Made by a program: the position numbers and the translations under genes. A stretch of 64,000 nucleotides of DNA, from positions 166,060-230,059 of the IMG/VR virus record IMGVR_UViG_3300023235_000008. One strand, 5' to 3'. This document shows, in pieces, positions 10,975 through 19,608 of this stretch; the stretch's first letter is position 1, and each line of letters begins with the position of its first letter. The notes beneath the pieces are model-generated. The model was given only the letters and a program-made list of their open reading frames with translations, searched no databases and was not told where the DNA came from.

Positions 10975-11597
10975 TGCCGGATTTTAAATATAATATAAGC
11001 CGTGTGTGGTCCACCGCCGAAGCAAAGGCGAAGCCGTGGTCAACCGCAGGGTATATTGCGGTAATTATTGTTAGTTTTTTTGCGTACGTATTATTTGTTA
11101 ATGTATGGTTATTTACACTCAGTGATATGATGTGGTACGGCGATGCATCTTTTGGTCCGCATCCTATGGACGAAAGGTTTCAGGTGTTCACTGCGATTTT
11201 GTCTACGGTGTCATTCGTGGTGTTCTGTGCAACATGGATGTTTACAACAGATAGAGCAAAATTCATCGTTAATCGATTTTCGGCATTTGCAGTCCATTAC
11301 GGAAAACGGGCAATGAAAGATATCAAAAAGGAATGCACGGTGGGTTATGCTAATAACACATTTACATCTCATCATAATCCCCTTTTAGAAAAAATGGCAG
11401 GTATTACAAACATCAACTGCCACCTATTACTTACTCATAATAATACATCACACATGACTATTTTTAAGAAAGATGCGGTTGACGATTATATGATATACGG
11501 ATTTCCAATCGATGGTAAGCTAGAGTTTTGTGTAGAAGGTGAAAAAAATATGTTCTTTTTACAACTTTCCAGTGATATTTTCATTGACAATGGCTAA
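10971..11597 (+). CDS. Hypothetical membrane protein
   Basis: Two hydrophobic segments; ATGA overlap. Confidence 0.6.
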   Translation: MMPDFKYNISRVWSTAEAKAKPWSTAGYIAVIIVSFFAYVLFVNVWLFTLSDMMWYGDASFGPHPMDERFQVFTAILSTVSFVVFCATWMFTTDRAKFIVNRFSAFAVHYGKRAMKDIKKECTVGYANNTFTSHHNPLLEKMAGITNINCHLLLTHNNTSHMTIFKKDAVDDYMIYGFPIDGKLEFCVEGEKNMFFLQLSSDIFIDNG

Positions 11598-11618
11598 TAT
11601 TATGATATTATATAAATA
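11584..11618 (+). promoter_or_regulatory. Overlapping sigma70 (TTGACA..TATTAT) and late (TATAAATA) promoters before arfA
   Basis: TTGACA 11584-89; TATAAATA 11611-18. Confidence 0.6.
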
Positions 11619-11638
11619 TCAAACATTGGAGAAGAACT

Positions 11639-11809
11639 ATGGCAAAGAAAACAATCAAGTATGTATCGAAAGACGAAATCCCTACACTACGTAGCGGAAT
11701 CAATCTTGGCTTGCCTATGTTCCGTAAACGTGTTGAAGCCAAAAAAACTGGCAAAGCAAGCTACACCCGCAATACTAAACATAAGGGTGATGGCAGAAAT
11801 GGCGTTTGA
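11639..11809 (+). CDS. arfA: Alternative ribosome-rescue factor A homolog, 56 aa (not in ORF track)
   Basis: MAKKTIKYVSKDEIPTLRSGINLGLPMFRKRVEAKKTGKASYTRNTKHKGDGRNGV aligns with E. coli ArfA [24 protein letters not shown]; GGAG RBS. Confidence 0.75.
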   Translation: MAKKTIKYVSKDEIPTLRSGINLGLPMFRKRVEAKKTGKASYTRNTKHKGDGRNGV

Positions 11810-11975
11810 AAAAGAAGACTTTTGGAAAGCGTTATGCCAACCCGAAAAACGAACGTGCTTTAACTGCATAAACAAAGAACAATATTCGGCACGTAGAGCG
11901 CCGTGTAATGGTTGTATGAAACAATACCCGAAAACCGTGTTGTGGGAATGGGATGGAAAAACCCATGACATTTAA
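11799..11975 (+). CDS. Cys-rich small protein (CxxC), paralog of 27235-27459
   Basis: FWKAL..CFNC..WEWD shared with 27235-27459. Confidence 0.55.
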   Translation: MAFEKEDFWKALCQPEKRTCFNCINKEQYSARRAPCNGCMKQYPKTVLWEWDGKTHDI

Positions 11976-12300
11976 ACCATCAAAGGCAATAATCAAAAAA
12001 GAAGCAGCGTATATGAATACGGTGCTTTTTGCCGACGAAATACCCAAGTTCGATATTACAATAAAATACTTGACAGGCGCTTGGGCATATTGTATAAAGT
12101 ATACAGATAATACATTCGAGATAGAAATGAATAACAGTTTTCCTACGAAAGAGTTATTCGCAAATGTTCTCGGACATGAAATGGTGCACATATATCAAAT
12201 GACAAACGGCGATTCTGGTAATCACAATAGTTTGTTTTATTCGTTCCGTGATGCATTTTCTGAAAATGGATACCAACTGAAAAGAGTTTACAATGAGTAA
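11965..12300 (+). CDS. SprT-like zinc metallopeptidase domain protein
   Basis: HEMVHIYQ (HExxH) plus GNHNSLF. Confidence 0.7.
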   Translation: MTFKPSKAIIKKEAAYMNTVLFADEIPKFDITIKYLTGAWAYCIKYTDNTFEIEMNNSFPTKELFANVLGHEMVHIYQMTNGDSGNHNSLFYSFRDAFSENGYQLKRVYNE

Positions 12301-12691
12301 TACGTTTGGCGTCGATACAAAAGCTGTTATGTCCGGTATGCGCTTTGTTCGTGCATTGAATAGTGCATATGGTCCTGACCGTGGCATGGAAGTTTTTGAT
12401 AAAATCCGTGAAGTGATGGGCGAAGATGTTGCCCGTGCCATTTTCTTTGCACAACTTTCCTCAAATGTTGGCAACGATATTCGTATCACTAATCCCGGTC
12501 GAGAAAAAATCCAACTTATTAAAGAACTTCGCAACACACTCGGGTGTGGATTGAAAGATGCCAAAGATTATAGTGAAGGCACGAATCGTATCTTGGAATC
12601 ATATTACGAAAAATATGTGGATATGGACAAAGTTATCAATATTCTTGAAACAGCCGCCGACAGTTGGGGCGTCGAGTTCGAATACATATAA
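12293..12691 (+). CDS. Protein with ribosomal L7/L12 C-terminal-like domain
   Basis: KIQLIKELRNTLGCGLKDAKDYSE. Confidence 0.6.
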   Translation: MSNTFGVDTKAVMSGMRFVRALNSAYGPDRGMEVFDKIREVMGEDVARAIFFAQLSSNVGNDIRITNPGREKIQLIKELRNTLGCGLKDAKDYSEGTNRILESYYEKYVDMDKVINILETAADSWGVEFEYI

Positions 12692-12697
12692 TAAGCA

Positions 12698-12725
12698 TTG
12701 ACAAACAAAATGATTGGTGTATAAT
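12698..12725 (+). promoter_or_regulatory. sigma70 promoter (leaderless transcript)
   Basis: TTGACA-16-TATAAT; ATG 7 nt downstream. Confidence 0.7.
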
Positions 12726-12731
12726 ACTCCT

Positions 12732-13445
12732 ATGATCAAGTTTACAGACATTCCAAATACAACGTTTAAAGGTTTCCGAGTATTCGGTGACGTGCATGGC
12801 GAGTTCGACGATATGGTTGAAATCGTTACAGGCGCACTTAACGAAGACTTGTTTCCGATTGGACTAGGCGACTTTACTGATCGTGGTCCAGAATCAGACA
12901 AAGTTATGGCTTATGTATTGATGATGGCACGTAACGGTTTGTTCGCCAGCATCATTGGTAACCACGACGACAAGTTGTGGCGGGCTTTGAACGGCAACAA
13001 TGTTAAAATCAACAACGGGTTGGAATTGACATTAGAGCAGTTGAACAACAACGATGACCGTGAAGGCATCGTTAATGAGTGGTTAACTGCAATGCCCAAT
13101 ATGCCATTGTTTGCTACATTTGACAAATATACTTTTGTTCACGGTTCATTTCATCCTGCGATGTTGACGGCTGACGAGTTGGCATACAAAGATAAAAAAG
13201 GATGGGGCAAAGTTGTTTCCCGTGCAATGTATGGTCAAGTTGATGGATTTCAAGAAAACGGTTACCCTAATCGTATCCACGATTGGGTTGATACTATTCC
13301 CGCTGGACATACAGTGTTCGTCGGTCACGAGGTTGTAGGCGATGTGCCAATAACCAAAACAGGTGCCTTGGGTGGCACGGCGCACTTCTTGGACACTGGT
13401 TCGGGCAAGGGCGGTTCAATCTCATTTATGGACGTGGAGTTTTAA
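12732..13445 (+). CDS. Calcineurin-like metallophosphoesterase (Pnkp phosphatase/PrpA/ApaH type)
   Basis: GDVHG, GDFTDRGP, GNHD, FVHG, VFVGH, LDTG motifs. Confidence 0.85.
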   Translation: MIKFTDIPNTTFKGFRVFGDVHGEFDDMVEIVTGALNEDLFPIGLGDFTDRGPESDKVMAYVLMMARNGLFASIIGNHDDKLWRALNGNNVKINNGLELTLEQLNNNDDREGIVNEWLTAMPNMPLFATFDKYTFVHGSFHPAMLTADELAYKDKKGWGKVVSRAMYGQVDGFQENGYPNRIHDWVDTIPAGHTVFVGHEVVGDVPITKTGALGGTAHFLDTGSGKGGSISFMDVEF

Positions 13446-13450
13446 AAACA

Positions 13451-13648
13451 ATGAAAGACAACTATAGCGGAGAACTTGCTTTCTTAGGATTGATTGCTTT
13501 CGCATTCGTAATCCTTGCAGTCGCTGGGTGGTTCACACACTTGTATGTGTGCTTTACCACGGCGGCTTGGGGCTTCCTTATCGCAGGGGCAATCTTCTTT
13601 CCAATCGGGGTATTCCACGGTTGGGGTAGTTGGTTCGGAATCTGGTAA
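13451..13648 (+). CDS. Small membrane protein
   Basis: Hydrophobic; conserved-looking GWFTHLYVCF...FFPIGVFHGW. Confidence 0.65.
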   Translation: MKDNYSGELAFLGLIAFAFVILAVAGWFTHLYVCFTTAAWGFLIAGAIFFPIGVFHGWGSWFGIW

Positions 13649-14052
13649 TGGCAATAATACATTTCTTTTTCGTATGGGGTATTCTATATGCCGCATCAAA
13701 CAACTACTACGACAATCCCGAGAACTACTATATGTATGTAGCAGTATTGGGTGCGTATGCTATCTCAATGATCGGCATATATATATGGCGTATCATTAAG
13801 CCGCAGGATATAACCGAAATCAAAGAAAAGTTGGTTACGATTACAATTGAGACAAATAATGATATGTTTATGCCCGAACTCTTTAAATGGATGACTACAT
13901 TTATTACTGTTCATCACGCTGCGGTTATAATGGCGACGGTGTATTTGTTGCCCGAACCAAACGTAATCCTTGCCATGTTGTTTATGGCGGCATATACACT
14001 TTGTGGTATTATTACCGACAAAACATTAGACCGTCTTTACCAAAAAGGATAA
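13648..14052 (+). CDS. Membrane protein
   Basis: Several hydrophobic helices; TAATG coupling. Confidence 0.6.
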   Translation: MAIIHFFFVWGILYAASNNYYDNPENYYMYVAVLGAYAISMIGIYIWRIIKPQDITEIKEKLVTITIETNNDMFMPELFKWMTTFITVHHAAVIMATVYLLPEPNVILAMLFMAAYTLCGIITDKTLDRLYQKG

Positions 14053-14061
14053 CCAATATAT

Positions 14062-14247
14062 ATGTTAATATCATCAGATTCCGACCAAACCCAAGAAACA
14101 TCAGAAAAACTCGAAGGTTATATTCTCGGATATATACAGCTTGGGTTTGGCGAAGATGCAGCTGCGCAGTGGCGAGTCAGTCGCATAACATTCTGTACTA
14201 ACGACGAGTTTGAAAAATATATGTTTTGGCAACAACTTTCTGCTTGA
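14062..14247 (+). CDS. Hypothetical protein
   Basis: ORF in operon. Confidence 0.5.
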   Translation: MLISSDSDQTQETSEKLEGYILGYIQLGFGEDAAAQWRVSRITFCTNDEFEKYMFWQQLSA

Positions 14248-14271
14248 CATTCATCTAACTTAGGGTATAAT
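14244..14271 (+). promoter_or_regulatory. sigma70 promoter (leaderless transcript)
   Basis: TTGACA-16-TATAAT; ATG 8 nt downstream. Confidence 0.7.
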
Positions 14272-14278
14272 ACTTATT

Positions 14279-15484
14279 ATGAAATATAACTTTCCACATA
14301 TCAATCACATCAATGATGTCCTTCCACATATCGAAGGTCGTAAAGAGTTCGTTGTGGCAGAACGAGATGGATTTACGGTTATCAACTATGTCGTAATGAC
14401 GCCTGACCTGTTCCCACCAGTTGTTACTGAAGCAGATGCAATACTGCGTGAATGTCGTGGCATCACTTTCTGCAATGAAACGGGCAAAGTCGTAGCTCGA
14501 AAGTTTCACAAGTTCTTTAACGTTGGCGAACGCATGGAAACCGAGTTCCGTAAACTGGATTTAAGTCAGCCACACGTTATTCTTGAAAAGCTTGATGGCT
14601 CAATGATTACGCCGTATCTGCGTGATGGTAAAGTTGAATGGCATACCAAAATGGGCAAGACTGATGTTGCCGATATGGTTATTCCTTTCGTTGAAGCAAA
14701 TCCACAGTATGCTGAACTGGCAGATTTCATATTGCGTAATAATAACGCTACGCCAATATTTGAGTTCTGTTCACGCAAGAATCGTGTTGTGATTGACCAT
14801 CCAGAAGACCGTATGGTATTACTGGCGGTGCGTGATAACGTAACTGGAAAGTATTGGGAATACGAGCTTGGTCTTGAAATCCCAGCTGTAGAATTTAATG
14901 TCGAGTTGGTCGGACAGCATAAAGCAACGTTTGACAAGGATTTCCTTGAATATGTTCGTGGCTTGGTCGGAACTGAAGGGTTCGTTGTGCGCTTTGATGA
15001 TGGGCATATGTTGAAAATCAAAGCAGAGGATTACTTACAGTTACATCGTGCCAAAGAAGGTATCTCTCATGAGAAGAATGTTTGGTCAATGGTCCTCAAT
15101 GAGTCAGTAGATGATTTGAAGTCATTCTTAGATGATGATGACCGTATGCGTGTTGAAGATTTTGAAGTGAAGTTATGGCGTGAAGTTGATTACGCTGTTC
15201 AGCACTTGGAAATGTTCTTCGGATTTGCAATGGATGATTTGAACAAGCGTGACCTATCAATGTTTGAAGATGCTGACCGTGAACGTAAGAAGATGTTTGC
15301 CATGGAATACGCTAATAACTACCGTAAAGAGTTCAAAGGTGTCTTGTTCAGCATGTTTGATGGTGGCGATGTGCGTGACTTGGTTATACAGTTCATTAAG
15401 AGCAACGTATCAACTGGAACTAAGTTGGATGGAATACGTCCGTTGTTTAACAACATTCAGTTTGATGAAAGGGAGTATGAATAA
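14279..15484 (+). CDS. rnl1: RNA ligase 1 (T4 Rnl1 family)
   Basis: ECRG, FHKFFNVGE, EKLDGS (motif I), TPIFE, EGFVV, LKIK. Confidence 0.9.
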   Translation: MKYNFPHINHINDVLPHIEGRKEFVVAERDGFTVINYVVMTPDLFPPVVTEADAILRECRGITFCNETGKVVARKFHKFFNVGERMETEFRKLDLSQPHVILEKLDGSMITPYLRDGKVEWHTKMGKTDVADMVIPFVEANPQYAELADFILRNNNATPIFEFCSRKNRVVIDHPEDRMVLLAVRDNVTGKYWEYELGLEIPAVEFNVELVGQHKATFDKDFLEYVRGLVGTEGFVVRFDDGHMLKIKAEDYLQLHRAKEGISHEKNVWSMVLNESVDDLKSFLDDDDRMRVEDFEVKLWREVDYAVQHLEMFFGFAMDDLNKRDLSMFEDADRERKKMFAMEYANNYRKEFKGVLFSMFDGGDVRDLVIQFIKSNVSTGTKLDGIRPLFNNIQFDEREYE

Positions 15485-15690
15485 TGGCAATACTAATATG
15501 TAATGATTGTCGCTTTCATTTTGAAGATAAATGGTCCACAAATCATAAGTGTTGTATTGAACCACAAACGACAGACAGGTTTCCTAGTATGACAGCGTGT
15601 CATAGGTTTGAACCAGAGTTTTGTTCAGACCCAGAACTGAAAAAACAATACGACAAGTTTATGTTTGGCATACACTTGCAAAAGGAGTAG
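15484..15690 (+). CDS. Cys-rich hypothetical protein
   Basis: CNDC...C..C. Confidence 0.55.
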   Translation: MAILICNDCRFHFEDKWSTNHKCCIEPQTTDRFPSMTACHRFEPEFCSDPELKKQYDKFMFGIHLQKE

Positions 15691-15696
15691 AGACAG

Positions 15697-15996
15697 ATGT
15701 TTAAAATAATAGAAAAAGCCGAATCATATGGAAAACGGCTAGATGAGAAGATAGAAGCAAATAAGTTAACTAGCGAAAGTCAATCCCATTTCTGTCTTTA
15801 CTATATCCTAAACCAGATTTCCTTTGAAATGTGTTTTAGCGTAGGAACGATGCTAGGATTCATATTCGCAGCGATTGTGCTAATCGGTTTGATTAGCTTC
15901 TTCCCATGGTTGCTTATCGTTATTGCGGTAGCACTAGGTTGGGCGATTAAACAACACTGTAATAAAAACTGGAAGAAACACAATGCCAAACAATGA
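15697..15996 (+). CDS. Membrane protein
   Basis: Hydrophobic C-terminal half. Confidence 0.55.
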   Translation: MFKIIEKAESYGKRLDEKIEANKLTSESQSHFCLYYILNQISFEMCFSVGTMLGFIFAAIVLIGLISFFPWLLIVIAVALGWAIKQHCNKNWKKHNAKQ

Positions 15997-16171
15997 AGAT
16001 CGAGTTCCTACTACTGCACCCTATGGCGGGATAACTGACGGAAGTGTCTACTGTACTCGATGTGGCGAAGAGAGAACAGGGTGCAGTATGTGTGCTGGTG
16101 AACTCAGGAGTTTGAAAGCAGGGCGATCAACCGCCTACAGATTTTGTATAGGAGATGAAAATGCTAAATAA
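15983..16171 (+). CDS. Zinc-finger-like small protein
   Basis: CTRC...CSMC. Confidence 0.5.
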   Translation: MPNNEDRVPTTAPYGGITDGSVYCTRCGEERTGCSMCAGELRSLKAGRSTAYRFCIGDENAK

Positions 16172-16595
16172 ATTGAAAGATGATGCGTTACAAGCGAGGA
16201 AAGATCGTGATCTTTTTGCTAGTTCACTCAACACGCTTTTGTCTGAAGTAAAGATGAGAGCAAAGAACGATGGCAACCGTGAGCCTAACGACGAAGATGT
16301 GTATAAGATAGCACAGACTACAATGGCTTCGTTGCTCGGTAATCGTGACCTATTGGACACTGCAGGACGTGACACGACTGAAGTAGAACAAGAGATGAAA
16401 GTGATTTCTGCTTACGTTCCTACTGTTATGCCGAAGGAAGAAGTCGAAGGTAAAGTTCAACTTGCTATGCATGAAATCAAACCAGAAGGCATGCAAGATA
16501 TGGGCAAAGTGATGTCATGGCTTAAAGAAAAGTATGGAGCTCGTATTGATATGAAACTGGCCTCTCAGCTTTTCCGGGAGCGATTGAATGGATAA
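16161..16595 (+). CDS. yqeY: YqeY/GatB C-terminal domain protein (tRNA-binding fold)
   Basis: LKDDALQARKDRD..LLSEVK..EPNDEDV..EMKVISAYVP..DMGKVM. Confidence 0.85.
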   Translation: MLNKLKDDALQARKDRDLFASSLNTLLSEVKMRAKNDGNREPNDEDVYKIAQTTMASLLGNRDLLDTAGRDTTEVEQEMKVISAYVPTVMPKEEVEGKVQLAMHEIKPEGMQDMGKVMSWLKEKYGARIDMKLASQLFRERLNG

Positions 16596-16857
16596 CATTG
16601 CCCAATCAGAGGATGAACTGATCGAAGACTTTGCTGGAATCATCGGCAAAATCATTGTCGCCCGAAAAGCATGTGATGATTATCTGGAATCTGGAACAGC
16701 ATCAACCTTCCGCGGTGATGTTGTGGTTGAAACCGACGCAAAGATTGCGGCACTATCACGTGAAGCCGATGTCATTATTGCAATGATTGATGATATTGCA
16801 GAAAACAAAGGCTTTGTGAACCGTATGAAAAAAATGTATAAGGAGTTAATGGAATGA
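16588..16857 (+). CDS. Hypothetical protein
   Basis: Coupled ORF. Confidence 0.6.
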   Translation: MDNIAQSEDELIEDFAGIIGKIIVARKACDDYLESGTASTFRGDVVVETDAKIAALSREADVIIAMIDDIAENKGFVNRMKKMYKELME

Positions 16858-17108
16858 CGAATGAAACGTGGAAAGAAGCTATTACCGACACATTAGGCGA
16901 TCTTGGCGATACAATCGTGTTGGCTACATTGGTTGAAGCTTACGTTGCAAATGAGCGTGACATTTACAATCTCGAAAGCAACGAAGAACTCGAAGATTAT
17001 CAAACAGAGGATTTAGAATATAATAAGAAGCTTCGTGAATCTGTAAAGTTTGTAATCAAATATTATTCAACAGATTCTGAACGTGTAAGATTGGGATTGG
17101 ATTTTTAA
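16854..17108 (+). CDS. Hypothetical protein
   Basis: ATGA overlap. Confidence 0.6.
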   Translation: MTNETWKEAITDTLGDLGDTIVLATLVEAYVANERDIYNLESNEELEDYQTEDLEYNKKLRESVKFVIKYYSTDSERVRLGLDF

Positions 17109-17567
17109 ATGCCTATGTTATATATGCTAATCGGTGTTCCAGCAAGCGGCAAGTCAACTTGGCTTGAACAAAATGCTGATAGTGGTGTAGTTTTAAGCAC
17201 GGACGCACATATTGACAATGTTGCCGCACAACAGGGCAAGTCATATAACGATGTGTTTGGCGATGCGATTAAAAAAGCCACTGTGAAAATGAATAACGAT
17301 TTAAAGCAAGCGGTTAATCGTGGCGAAGATATCCATTGGGATCAAACCAATCTTACGGTTAAATCTCGTCGTGGCAAGCTACAGAAGGTGCCTGATACGT
17401 ATGAAAAGATTGCGGTAGTATTTCCAACACCCGATGCCGACGAACATCAGCGGCGACTGGATTCACGCCCCGGCAAAACTATTCCACCACATATTTTGAA
17501 GAATATGATGGCAACTTTCCAAATGCCTACCACCGATGAAGGATTTGATAGGATAGTAGTAATATGA
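17109..17567 (+). CDS. Polynucleotide kinase-like P-loop protein (AAA_33)
   Basis: GVPASGKST, STD, WDQTN, RR, IP..I. Confidence 0.85.
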   Translation: MPMLYMLIGVPASGKSTWLEQNADSGVVLSTDAHIDNVAAQQGKSYNDVFGDAIKKATVKMNNDLKQAVNRGEDIHWDQTNLTVKSRRGKLQKVPDTYEKIAVVFPTPDADEHQRRLDSRPGKTIPPHILKNMMATFQMPTTDEGFDRIVVI

Positions 17568-17884
17568 AAACACCAGACAACTGGGTTGTAATCTTCTTTA
17601 ATAGTGATGATCCTCATTATCGTGTCTTGGCTGGTTGGTCCGGTGGATATACCACAGGCGATGGCTGGCAGATGAACAGTGGCATCACTCGCATCGAACA
17701 AGACGAAGATTATTATAACGTGCATGGTTCATCGGGCAGCGTTTATCGTTGTCACAAAGATTCATATTGCCTACGGATGAACAATGGGCATATATGGAAC
17801 CAGTTGAAAGAACTCCATGGCGATAAAGTCCAAATGATGGACGAAGACACAAACTGGTTAGAAATGGATTGGATAATTGAGTAG
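17564..17884 (+). CDS. Conserved phage hypothetical protein
   Basis: PDNWV..YRVLAGWSGGY..GDGWQMNSGI..GSSGSVYRC. Confidence 0.7.
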   Translation: MKTPDNWVVIFFNSDDPHYRVLAGWSGGYTTGDGWQMNSGITRIEQDEDYYNVHGSSGSVYRCHKDSYCLRMNNGHIWNQLKELHGDKVQMMDEDTNWLEMDWIIE

Positions 17885-18251
17885 CAATATAGTTCAACTT
17901 GGGGCGGCGGCACGTTTAAAAACACCGATGTCTCAATCGGAATATGAAGATTTTTCCGAAGAAGCCGATGATATGGGTTTCAATATCGGTGCGGGTTATA
18001 TTAATGAAACCATTGATATGATTTTTATCAGGGAAGAAAGTTTTGATATTTTCGAACAGTTTCACGAACACGATATCACTGGTGTATTCGCATCAGCACG
18101 TGAAAGTCTAATCGAGATGGTTGAACATTTTAAACTTGATGCCGACCTTGACGATATCCGAGACTTTATGGATATGTATTATAATGGGGCAGACGATACC
18201 ATGTCGTATGCCAGTTGGGAAAACTTCGGAACAGGAAAGGGCGCATTATGA
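17877..18251 (+). CDS. Acidic hypothetical protein
   Basis: Coupled ORF. Confidence 0.55.
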   Translation: MSSNIVQLGAAARLKTPMSQSEYEDFSEEADDMGFNIGAGYINETIDMIFIREESFDIFEQFHEHDITGVFASARESLIEMVEHFKLDADLDDIRDFMDMYYNGADDTMSYASWENFGTGKGAL

Positions 18252-18559
18252 ATGATAAAGATTATGTTGTGGTTACGTGTGTTTCGTCTTATCGTATGCG
18301 GTATGTTATGCATAAAGATGACCTACAAAAACTCAACACAGAAAAACCAGTTAATCCGATTGAGTGGGCTAACGACATCGTAACATTGGACCAATGCGAA
18401 GAGTTTTCACAAGAGCATATGGGTGAATATATCCTAGACACGGTTGAAATGGCAGAAGATGATGTCATTGAACTATTCGATAAAGATAATGATTATCTTA
18501 GTTCATGGACGAAAGAGCAAAAGATTGAATCTATTAGAAAATCATTAGATGATGAATGA
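18248..18559 (+). CDS. Conserved phage hypothetical protein
   Basis: VSSYRMRY..EFSQEHMGE. Confidence 0.7.
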   Translation: MNDKDYVVVTCVSSYRMRYVMHKDDLQKLNTEKPVNPIEWANDIVTLDQCEEFSQEHMGEYILDTVEMAEDDVIELFDKDNDYLSSWTKEQKIESIRKSLDDE

Positions 18560-18695
18560 ACGTCTACAAAAGAGTATAATAAGGCTTATCAAATTTGCAT
18601 CAACGTAGATACAAATGGACCAACGGATGTATACCTAAACGATGCCGAGGTAAATGCAGTATTAAAAACTTTTTTATAAAAAATGCAAAAAAGGC

Positions 18696-18733
18696 TTGAC
18701 TTATTAATATATATGTGATAGAATGTATAAATA
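18696..18733 (+). promoter_or_regulatory. sigma70 (TTGACT-17-TAGAAT) plus late TATAAATA promoter
   Basis: Direct motif match. Confidence 0.65.
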
Positions 18734-18780
18734 GAATAACAGCACAGAATACTTCAGTGCACAATATAGAAAGAGATACA

Positions 18781-18975
18781 ATGACTTCAACACTTTTAAC
18801 ACAACCAATAACACTCAGCTTATCAGATTATCGACCGATTATCCGTGCGTGTATTGCCGTGCTTAAAGGTTGGGGTAGTATTCAATCAGAACATACAGCG
18901 CTACCCGTATATACACGATTTAATATGGATAAAAGCGCAACGAGGGTTCAAGGAGATGGTGGAAGTTCATTCTAA
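18781..18975 (+). CDS. Short leader-like ORF ahead of the tRNA array
   Basis: Lone 64-aa ORF between a promoter and an intrinsic terminator. Confidence 0.4.
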   Translation: MTSTLLTQPITLSLSDYRPIIRACIAVLKGWGSIQSEHTALPVYTRFNMDKSATRVQGDGGSSF

Positions 18976-19004
18976 CACAAAATCTTAAAAACGAAAGTTT
19001 TACG

Positions 19005-19037
19005 AACCCTCTAAACCGCAAGTTTAGGGGGTTTTTT
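19005..19037 (+). terminator. Intrinsic terminator
   Basis: AACCCTCTAAAC-CGCA-AGTTTAGGGGG followed by a T6 run. Confidence 0.8.
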
Positions 19038-19056
19038 AATGAGCGTAAAAAAGATG

Positions 19057-19085
19057 TTGACAAAAAGATATAGGTAGAGTAATCT
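19057..19085 (+). promoter_or_regulatory. sigma70 promoter of the tRNA/ncRNA array
   Basis: TTGACA-17-TAATCT. Confidence 0.65.
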
Positions 19086-19150
19086 ACTGAAGATAAGCAG
19101 TCAAGACCGGCGAACAACAAAGGTTGTTCAGATATATGGTAAGGCTGGCA

Positions 19151-19223
19151 CAGTAAAGAATAGCCCGTAAGGATACTAACTTTACTGCAGTAAAGAATAG
19201 CCCGTAAGGATACTAACTTTACT
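19151..19223 (+). repeat. Head-to-tail duplicated 37-nt hairpin
   Basis: CAGTAAAGAATAGCCCGTAAGGATACTAACTTTACTG twice (second copy 36/37). Confidence 0.9.
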
Positions 19224-19282
19224 AAGCAGAGGTTCGAAGCGTTTACGTGGATTGCCAATCTAAAATGTTATGTGTGTTTTGT

Positions 19283-19357
19283 CAGGGTGTAGCTCAGTCT
19301 GGCCAGAGTGTCGGTCTTGGAGTCCGAAAGTCGCAGGTTCGAGTCCTGCCACCCTGA
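19283..19357 (+). tRNA. trnP: tRNA-Pro(TGG), CCA not encoded
   Basis: CAGGGTG/CACCCTG acceptor, CT TGG AG loop, TTCGAGT T-loop. Confidence 0.9.
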
Positions 19358-19376
19358 CAGAATACATATAGAGAGA

Positions 19377-19599
19377 ATATGGGCGGGTACGCAACACCGT
19401 AAGTCCCAGAGATTACGTGAGTTAACGGTCCACGCTGACAATCGGGTTCACAGCATGAAATAGGGCAATCGGAATCAACCGTTATCGTCTTTATCTGTTA
19501 TATTATAATAAATGTGAAGACCAATGGAAATCGGTATCACAGATAATATTGCAATAAACTTAATAGTTTCCCAATCGAAGGTGACGATAATATCCATAT
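19377..19599 (+). ncRNA. Structured ncRNA A (shares 18-nt motif with ncRNA B)
   Basis: Terminal stem ATATGG/CCATAT; CGTAAGTCCCAGAGATTA at 19398-19415; nested stems. Confidence 0.55.
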
Positions 19600-19608
19600 A
19601 GATATTTA

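Noticed and set aside
18560-18680. Stop read-through extension of 18248-18559 (TSTKEYNKAYQICINV...)
   Set aside because: Only ~39 codons with no supporting signal; could be a decayed small gene
19151-19223. CRISPR mini-array
   Set aside because: The two repeats abut with no spacer, and no cas genes are present in the window
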